Origin: an uncultured virus (IMG/VR IMGVR_UViG_3300022921_000003) | Taxonomy: Duplodnaviria > Heunggongvirae > Uroviricota > Caudoviricetes | IMG/VR virus record: IMGVR_UViG_3300022921_000003 | Reading direction: 5' to 3' (one strand) | Length of the DNA stretch: 64,000 bases | In this document: piece by piece, positions 57,246 through 64,000 of the stretch | Layout: the number at the start of each line of letters is the position of its first letter | How positions within the stretch are numbered: the first letter of the stretch is position 1 | Made by a program: the position numbers and the translations under genes | The notes under the pieces: generated by a model | The model's input: only the letters and a program-made list of their open reading frames with translations | Told to the model about the DNA's origin: nothing | The model's database searches: none

Positions 57246-58498
57246 GCTGCTTCTATCGAATATGCCTCGTCCCAACTACCTGACAATCCCGCGACTTCAT
57301 ATTCAGTAACACGATTTTCAAAGAAGTTTGTGTGGTCTGCACCGTTCAATACCCATTCCAACCAAGGCAGAGGATTCTCTTTCACCTTGAAGTTTGTCTT
57401 CAGACCAAGTTGTAGAAGTCTACGGTCTGTGATATATCTTATATAGGTCTTTACTTCAGATGCATCTAGACCCTCAATCTCACCCATCTTGTATGCGAGG
57501 TCAACAAACTTATCCTCTAACTTGACTGCAATGCGAGCCATATTGTAAATCTCTGCTTTGAACTCGTCGTTCACAATCTTTGGTTTCTCTGAACAGAGTT
57601 GACGGAATGTCTTTGCATTTCCCTCGACATGCATGGACTCGTCACGAATACTCCACTCAACAACCTTACCCATACCCTTCATCTTACCGTAACGTTGGAA
57701 GTTGAGGAGCATGACGAATGATGCGAAGAGTGCAACACCCTCGTTGAATACAGACTTTGCGAGTGCAAGTCCAAGACCACGAATGGTTCCAACGTCAGAG
57801 TCCTGCATGAATTCAATCTTGTCCATCATCTCTTTGTACTCAAGGAACGCATGGTACTCACTGTCTGACAGTCCAAGTGTCTCGTTCAGAAGTGCATATG
57901 CTCTCTGGTGGACACCCTCACGGGATGCAAAGGAACCGAGCATGTTTCTAATCTCGTTGTTCTTGAACTTGGGAATGAAGTGGTCATAGTAGTTCTGACC
58001 AACGGCAACGTCAGACTGTGTGAATAGACGAAGAATGTTTGTGATGTATTCCTTCTCTACCTGTGTAACCTTACCAGACTTCCAATCTGATACGTCCTCT
58101 GACAAGTCCAGTTCGTCCTCAATCCAATGCGCCTTCTCATGACGAGTGGTAATCTCCACAGCCCAAGGATAGTGGAAAGGTTTGTATGTCTTACTGAACT
58201 CAAGCAGACCACCACCACTTCTCTTGCGAAGAAGGTCATCTGCCTTCTTCATGAGGTCATCGTAACCACCAATGTGTTCACCATCAATGAAAATCTGTGG
58301 GACAGAGTTCACTCGACGCACTGCTGTGTTCTCACCAACAGTCTCTTTGATACCGTTGATGGACTGATAGAAAGCAAGACGTTCTTCCTCATTATCCATA
58401 AGTTCCTCTGCATACTCAAATCCATGATCCTTAAACCATGTCTTTGCCATAGTACAAAATGGACAATCTGTTTTTGTTACGATTCTTATCCCTGACAT
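57242..58498 (-). CDS. nrdB: Class I ribonucleotide reductase beta subunit with N-terminal glutaredoxin domain
   Basis: CPFC, SVPQIFI...IGGY (Grx); then FTQ.D..V, E.VH..AY, EG..LF.SF, RDE..H, NFFE. Confidence 0.92.
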   Translation of the reverse strand: MSGIRIVTKTDCPFCTMAKTWFKDHGFEYAEELMDNEEERLAFYQSINGIKETVGENTAVRRVNSVPQIFIDGEHIGGYDDLMKKADDLLRKRSGGGLLEFSKTYKPFHYPWAVEITTRHEKAHWIEDELDLSEDVSDWKSGKVTQVEKEYITNILRLFTQSDVAVGQNYYDHFIPKFKNNEIRNMLGSFASREGVHQRAYALLNETLGLSDSEYHAFLEYKEMMDKIEFMQDSDVGTIRGLGLALAKSVFNEGVALFASFVMLLNFQRYGKMKGMGKVVEWSIRDESMHVEGNAKTFRQLCSEKPKIVNDEFKAEIYNMARIAVKLEDKFVDLAYKMGEIEGLDASEVKTYIRYITDRRLLQLGLKTNFKVKENPLPWLEWVLNGADHTNFFENRVTEYEVAGLSGSWDEAYSIEAA

Positions 58499-60285
58499 GC
58501 GACACATTCCTCCTGGCTCATTGCTTGACTTTCATAATCCTTCAGTGCTTCTCTTTTAACCTTGATAGACACGTTCTCTGCTTTGTTAGATGTTTCTGTG
58601 CGTAGATAATATAGACCTTTGCATCCATACTTCCATGCGTTGTAGTGTACCTTATGCAGTGACCCACGATCTGCACCAGAGGGAAAGAACACATTTAGTG
58701 ACTGTCCCTGACATAGAAACTCCTGTCTGTGTCCACCCTGTCTCACGATTGCATCTTGGTCAATCTCAATGGCAGTTCTGAATACATCCTTCACCTCGTC
58801 TGATAGGAAATCAAGGTGTTGCACAGAACCACCGTTTGTGATGATGCTGCTCCAAGTTGTCTGGTCATTCTTACCCACCTTCTCTAGTTCCTCTTCAAGA
58901 TAGATATTCTTGACCAGATGTGAACCAGCACGAGTCCTATGCGTGTATGCGTTTGCCTTCAGTGGTTCGATAGAAGGTGATGTAGACACGATGATGGAAC
59001 TGTTTGCGTTAGGTGCGATTGCAAGAAGATGTGAGTTACGTCTTCCTGTCCCTTCCATGTCTGGACACTCACCACGTTCCTCTGCAAGTTTTTCTGTCTC
59101 CTTCACAGCCTGCGTCTTGATATACTCAAATACCTCGACGTTCTTTTTATCTGCATCCTCTGAATCAAAAGGAATACGATGACGATTCAAATAAGAATGC
59201 CAACCCATTGCACCAAGACCAAGAGAACGTTCCTGTTGTGCAGAATAACGAGCACGGGAAATCTCATCACCAGCATGGTCGATAAAGAACTGTAGAACGT
59301 TGTCTAGGAATCGAATAAGATCACGAATCATGGGTGTCTTACTCCACTCATCATACTTCTCTAGGTTCACAGATGAAAGGCAGCACACAGCAGTGCGGTC
59401 TTCACTAGTAGGAAGATGAATCTCATTGCAGAGATTAGAACCGTGAATCTTTAGACCCTTCTCTTTCATCGTCTGTGGTAGGGCACGGTTTGCAGTGTCA
59501 ATGAAATTTAGATATGGTTCACCTGTACGATACCGTGTCTCCAGTAGAAGTTCCCATAACTTCCTTGCCCTCATACTATCACGAACTGTGCCATCGTCTG
59601 GATCAACCAAGTCCCACACCTCGTCACGTTCTACTGCTCTCATGAAAGAGTCTGTCACGTTGACTGCGTGGTGTAGGTTTAGGTTCTTACGGTTTACATC
59701 ACCAGTAGGAATACGCATATTAACAAACTCAATGATGTCTGGATGTGAGATGTCCATGTATGCTGCATAGGAACCCTTGCGTGTCCTTCCCTGACGATAT
59801 GCAGTCATGTCTGCATCTACCGTGTGTAGAAATGGCATAGGGCCTGGTGCTTTCTCTGATACTGCACGAACAGCAGACCAGTGTCCACCAACACCACCAC
59901 CTTTGACAGACAACCAACGGAGTTCTGCACTATGGTCGATGAGTCCTTCTAGACTATCTGGAACATAGGTTAGGAAACAAGAAATAGGTAGAGACTTTAC
60001 CTTTGCGCCTGGGAGTGGTGCATTGGAAAGAACAGGTGATGCAAACATGAACCACCCCTCTGAGACATAATCATAGATGCGTTGTGCGAGGTCCATGTCT
60101 CCGTAGGAGTAGGCAACAGCGGCGCGAGCATATGATTGTTGTGCAGAGGTTTCTTCTTTTAACTGGTAATAATCTTTTAGGAGTTTTCTTGCTTGTTCTG
60201 ATAAGTTGTTGTCTTTTGTTCTGTCGATTTTGATACCTAGATACTCTTCTTCTAGGTCAAGGTAAACTACCTCTGCTGTTGCCAT
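58486..60285 (-). CDS. nrdA: Class I ribonucleotide reductase alpha subunit
   Basis: ISCF, GGG.G, SNLCNEI, GLG.MG, IAPNA..S, QGQS.N, LYY.R and C-terminal CVACQG; no ATP-cone evident. Confidence 0.95.
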   Translation of the reverse strand: MATAEVVYLDLEEEYLGIKIDRTKDNNLSEQARKLLKDYYQLKEETSAQQSYARAAVAYSYGDMDLAQRIYDYVSEGWFMFASPVLSNAPLPGAKVKSLPISCFLTYVPDSLEGLIDHSAELRWLSVKGGGVGGHWSAVRAVSEKAPGPMPFLHTVDADMTAYRQGRTRKGSYAAYMDISHPDIIEFVNMRIPTGDVNRKNLNLHHAVNVTDSFMRAVERDEVWDLVDPDDGTVRDSMRARKLWELLLETRYRTGEPYLNFIDTANRALPQTMKEKGLKIHGSNLCNEIHLPTSEDRTAVCCLSSVNLEKYDEWSKTPMIRDLIRFLDNVLQFFIDHAGDEISRARYSAQQERSLGLGAMGWHSYLNRHRIPFDSEDADKKNVEVFEYIKTQAVKETEKLAEERGECPDMEGTGRRNSHLLAIAPNANSSIIVSTSPSIEPLKANAYTHRTRAGSHLVKNIYLEEELEKVGKNDQTTWSSIITNGGSVQHLDFLSDEVKDVFRTAIEIDQDAIVRQGGHRQEFLCQGQSLNVFFPSGADRGSLHKVHYNAWKYGCKGLYYLRTETSNKAENVSIKVKREALKDYESQAMSQEECVACQG

Positions 60286-60294
60286 TGTTGTCTC

Positions 60295-61284
60295 CTATAC
60301 TCTTTTCCAATTCGCAAACCTCGCCTTTGCTTCTAAACCAGAAAAGATATTTTGATTTATTTGTGTTGTAATGTTTTCTTGGGTGTAACCACCGAGTATC
60401 ATCTCGTTAATATCTTTGAAGGGATTCGATTCAGGCCATAAACAAACTCTTCTCCCTGCATTAATCGCTTTGTCTATTCTCCTGCATATCTCCCTGTTTC
60501 GTGGTTCGTTATCAAAGACTAGGATACTGTCATCAAACTCTGCCTTTGTCAAGTCAGCGTCTGCTGTAGCAACCGCATTGTCTAGGAACATGCTGTCAAT
60601 TGGACCCTCAACAACATAAACCGTTTTGTTCTTGTTCAGTCTGTCAAGACCGAAAACTTTCTCACCATCGTCCAACTTGATGGTGATATACTTAGGTATC
60701 TCTACACCGAAGGCTCGACCTTGGTATGCAAAAATGTCACCCTTCTCGTCACGAAATGGAATAAGGAGTCTGGGGTGGTCGCCCTCCACAGACGGGAACT
60801 TATTCTTGATTAGAGTGTTCGTGAATTTAAAGAATGACTCACAGAGATACAGGTCAGATAGTCTGTCCTTTGGGAGTTGTCTTGCTTCGACAATCTTTCT
60901 TGCGGGGTGATCTTCTGAGAGTTCCGAGATGGAAGATAGACCTTTGAAGATATCCCGTTTGCGAAAGACTGGTGCATCGAACTTAAACTCCGGCTCAGGG
61001 TTGTTAGTCTTGACCCCTGATCTGTATCGTTCAAATATATAGTCTTTGTAAGTTTTTGAGTCTACATGCTTGATGAGATTACCAAGTGTTGCTCCCACCC
61101 CACAGTTATGACACTTGAAGAACAGGTCATTCTTCTTACGAAAGACATACCCACGAGCCTTCGTGCGTGACTTCTGTGAGTCTCCACAGTATGGACAACG
61201 AAAGTTCCAACTATAGTCAGACTTCTTCTTGAACAAGAGAAGTTGACTACTGATAAGATTTAGATATTTTATGTCAATGTACAT
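60295..61284 (-). CDS. gp61: DNA primase gp61
   Basis: RCPYCGDS, KCHNC, QGR, EGPIDS, DNEPRN, KDIN. Confidence 0.95.
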   Translation of the reverse strand: MYIDIKYLNLISSQLLLFKKKSDYSWNFRCPYCGDSQKSRTKARGYVFRKKNDLFFKCHNCGVGATLGNLIKHVDSKTYKDYIFERYRSGVKTNNPEPEFKFDAPVFRKRDIFKGLSSISELSEDHPARKIVEARQLPKDRLSDLYLCESFFKFTNTLIKNKFPSVEGDHPRLLIPFRDEKGDIFAYQGRAFGVEIPKYITIKLDDGEKVFGLDRLNKNKTVYVVEGPIDSMFLDNAVATADADLTKAEFDDSILVFDNEPRNREICRRIDKAINAGRRVCLWPESNPFKDINEMILGGYTQENITTQINQNIFSGLEAKARFANWKRV

Positions 61285-61315
61285 GAACATACATTAACAG
61301 ATTTATAGGATATTG

Positions 61316-61747
61316 TCAAGTAAAGTCGATAAATTTATGCAATAAAAATCCAATAACAATAGACCCACCAATTAGAACGTGTCTCCACTTCTCTAGGACA
61401 CCGACACGGTGTTCAATCTCTCTCTGAATTTTCTGTATTTCTTTGTTCTGTTCTGCATGTTGTTGTGCTGCAGCAGCCATGATTTCTTTGGTATTCGTAG
61501 TGATACGAGAATGTAACTCGTCTATCTTTGACATCATTTCACTACGACGAACTTCAATCTGTTGTTCTGCACCATAGAGTGCTTCTTCCTGTCTTGCAAT
61601 CTTCTCTTCATGCACCGCCAACATACGGTTAATGGAGTTGGAAACATCGGTAAGTTTCTCAATTGCGATATCTAGACGATCATGAATTTTTCTCTGGTCC
61701 TCTAGTTCTTTCTTGAGAAGACGAACCTCTGTTTCCAACTCACTCAT
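61316..61747 (-). CDS. Coiled-coil membrane-anchored protein
   Basis: AIEKL......I..MLAVHE and LEKWR plus C-terminal TM. Confidence 0.65.
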   Translation of the reverse strand: MSELETEVRLLKKELEDQRKIHDRLDIAIEKLTDVSNSINRMLAVHEEKIARQEEALYGAEQQIEVRRSEMMSKIDELHSRITTNTKEIMAAAAQQHAEQNKEIQKIQREIEHRVGVLEKWRHVLIGGSIVIGFLLHKFIDFT

Positions 61748-61749
61748 AA

Positions 61750-61921
61750 CTTAACCCTCTGACTTAACGAGAGTGATAACACCCCAAGCAATTGCTGCCC
61801 AACAAACGAGGTTCATTGGAATAATTGCTGAGAGGAACAATCCAATCACACCAACAGCGATAAGAGCACCACCGTCCCATGATGTACGTTCCATAATTCT
61901 ATCTTTAATCCAACCAAACAT
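61750..61921 (-). CDS. Small membrane protein
   Basis: Hand-translated MFGWIKDRIMERTSWDGGALIAVG...; two TMs; ends approximate. Confidence 0.55.
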
Positions 61922-61922
61922 T

Positions 61923-62171
61923 TTACTTCTCCTTTTCTAGTTCTAAGATTCTTGCCTCCAAATCATCAATCTTCTTAGCAACGTTAGGATATTTTTTTCG
62001 CCAGTTGTCTTCATTCTGTAGGACTTTTAATCCCAATTTTTTAGAGGACCATGATGCTACATCATCTACCTTTTTATAGAACCAGCGTCCTAGTTTGGTA
62101 TCGGCAAACCAACTATCTGCCGCACTTCCAATTATGCTACTTGCAATACTACTAATCAGAAAAAACCACAT
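61923..62171 (-). CDS. Small hypothetical protein
   Basis: SD GGAG, ATAAATA upstream. Confidence 0.6.
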   Translation of the reverse strand: MWFFLISSIASSIIGSAADSWFADTKLGRWFYKKVDDVASWSSKKLGLKVLQNEDNWRKKYPNVAKKIDDLEARILELEKEK

Positions 62172-62199
62172 GTCTTCTATTCTCCACTAATATTTATGG

Positions 62200-63015
62200 T
62201 TAATAATAATCCAAGTATGGTAAAATTGGTCTTTCACGAGCAGCAGCTGCTATAGGTGACCTATGTACCGCACCCCTGTAAATATAAGTTTCTGGGTCTG
62301 CTTCGTGTCTCCAAGGGCCGTAACTTCCTTTTTCTGCACAATACAAATCGAAATCTCTACCTGTCTTACCCTCACTGACAAATTTTTCATAGGTGCGCCA
62401 ATACGCGCAATCACGGCACTGTCTTTTTTTACATGTCGATGTATGACATCTACGAGATAAAACTTTTAACTCATCTGGTAAAAATTCATATTGTTCAAAT
62501 CTTCCCGTCAAAGTTTTGGCAATTTCATCATAATCAAAATCATCACCAGTTGGCACTGGCTCTAAATCAGGAGTCCCCGTTAAATATATGTCAACCTTTG
62601 CACTCTCAAGATGTTCTCTAAGCATATCATGACAGGAAGAAGCAGTATTTTCTAATGATATACCGACTGATATCGCATCAACGCCAGTCTCTTTAACCCA
62701 TACAGGATAAGTTTCATATCTTGGTCTAAGAGCACCAATATTATAAGTTCCTGCTTTAAACCCCTTCCTAATCGGCACCCACTCTTCTTTATATGTCGGT
62801 GTCCAGTTAATCTCTTCAAAGACAAAATCTCTAGTTTCAGACTTTAAAAAAAGGATAATATCTTTAAGTTTTTTTATTGCAGCATCATTGGTGTCATCTT
62901 TTTCAAACTCTTCAGTAGCGTATCTTGCAACTATTTCACAGTCTGTTTCTGTTAACCATCTCCACATAGTATATGTTGAATTAACTCCACCAGAGAATGG
63001 TATCAGTATTTTCAT
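62200..63015 (-). CDS. PP-loop (QueC-like) adenine nucleotide alpha-hydrolase
   Basis: FSGGVNST; C-terminal C....C....C..C cluster. Confidence 0.55.
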   Translation of the reverse strand: MKILIPFSGGVNSTYTMWRWLTETDCEIVARYATEEFEKDDTNDAAIKKLKDIILFLKSETRDFVFEEINWTPTYKEEWVPIRKGFKAGTYNIGALRPRYETYPVWVKETGVDAISVGISLENTASSCHDMLREHLESAKVDIYLTGTPDLEPVPTGDDFDYDEIAKTLTGRFEQYEFLPDELKVLSRRCHTSTCKKRQCRDCAYWRTYEKFVSEGKTGRDFDLYCAEKGSYGPWRHEADPETYIYRGAVHRSPIAAAARERPILPYLDYY

Positions 63016-63264
63016 AATATTTCACTCCATTTTATAATTTATCATTTAACCCCAATCTGGGCGTTTAGGTTCTTCTGCACAATTGCAACCACCACATTGA
63101 CATTCTACACATACAAGTGTGTCACAATGACAATCGTGTTCACAAGACTTACACTTTTTTTCTGTATCCTGTTCCATTCGTTCTATCTCTCCATCTCTTG
63201 TTCCAAGCCCAACAATTTAGTTTTGAACCATATTTCTCACAGAATGCATAAAAACAGTCAAACA

Positions 63265-63747
63265 TTAGTCTTCCTCTCTAGGTATAATTGACCACCTACC
63301 AAAGAGTACTACTGAATAGTACGCAGAATAAATCTTCCACTTTGGAACTGATGGGTCTGCATCTTTCATTGCAGCAAGGAATACCTTGTCTGCTTCCTTC
63401 TTTGCTGCCTTGTAAGTATCAACAACTTCCTGTGCATTTAAATTCTCAATCAAATCACCAGCCTCTGCCCGATACTGACGAATACGTTTGTAGAGAAGGT
63501 CATGAATAATTGCTGCACGGGCAATGTCCCAAGGTGCAATCAACATCCAACAGATGCGTGGAACAGATGCAAGGTCTGTGACGAAACCTTTCTTACATGT
63601 AATCTTTCCATCCTTGGTGACTTGTACGCCAACACTCTTGAGACTATCCACATCAAGGTCTGCATTTGTATAACTGAGAGCCCTTTCCAAAATCCACTTG
63701 CGTGGTGGATGAAACTCTGCACTGATTTTATCGTTAAACTTACCCAT
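63265..63747 (-). CDS. DUF1353-like protein
   Basis: GFVTDLASVPR, AA.IHD.LY, AD..F..AM, Y..V..FG. Confidence 0.8.
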   Translation of the reverse strand: MGKFNDKISAEFHPPRKWILERALSYTNADLDVDSLKSVGVQVTKDGKITCKKGFVTDLASVPRICWMLIAPWDIARAAIIHDLLYKRIRQYRAEAGDLIENLNAQEVVDTYKAAKKEADKVFLAAMKDADPSVPKWKIYSAYYSVVLFGRWSIIPREED

Positions 63748-63758
63748 CGTATTATTCC

Positions 63759-64000
63759 TTATTTTTTAGGTTTTGCGATTGCCTGAGCACCAAAGAATGC
63801 TGCGACAATACCAGCGACTGCGATAAAGTATACTCCTGCCATATCACCAAGAATCTTTGCGGCCTGTTCTAAATTAAACACAGATGCAAGAACCACGATA
63901 ACTGGATACACTAACATACCCCCTAGTGAGTACCATGCCATTGTTCTTTGTGCATCTCTCATCGCATCTGCATCTTCAAGTTCTTTGCGTTTGAACTCCA
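63759..64000 (-). CDS. Membrane protein (holin-like), N-terminus outside window
   Basis: DAQR.MAW plus two TMs ending AFFG. Confidence 0.55.
   Translation of the reverse strand, partial: EFKRKELEDADAMRDAQRTMAWYSLGGMLVYPVIVVLASVFNLEQAAKILGDMAGVYFIAVAGIVAAFFGAQAIAKPKK

Noticed and set aside
1167..63786. Numerous short ORFs antisense to or nested in long genes in the six-frame track
   Set aside because: Shadow ORFs lacking SD, promoters or recognisable motifs.

Overview
This 64-kb window is a segment of a large T4-like myovirus genome (marine cyano-/pelagi-myophage-type gene order). No bacterial chromosome is evident. Core T4-like genes are recognisable: gp5, gp43 DNA polymerase, uvsX, gp41, gp53, gp48, gp4, gp2, gp54-like, gp26, gp51, gp32, gp59, gp33, rnh, gp61, nrdA/nrdB, thyX, phoH and lysozyme. 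Host-like genes include a tripartite tricarboxylate transporter pair (tctA/tctC), a PiT-like transporter, ribosomal protein bS21, and a curli-type cluster (csgF, csgG, two curlins, FecR protein, CHASE2 adenylate cyclase). RNA genes are tRNA-Thr(UGU), tRNA-Pro(UGG), tRNA-Arg(UCU) and a circularly permuted two-piece tmRNA (tag ANDNFAPMALAA), which suggests an alphaproteobacterial host. The most unusual observations are: (i) two intact tRNA genes nested in-frame inside a protein-coding gene; (ii) several promoter-flanked structured RNA candidates, two with a closing stem that starts exactly at the predicted +1; (iii) a recurring leaderless-mRNA architecture; (iv) nine related early-promoter modules. 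All family calls come from motif recognition by eye; no database searches were run.
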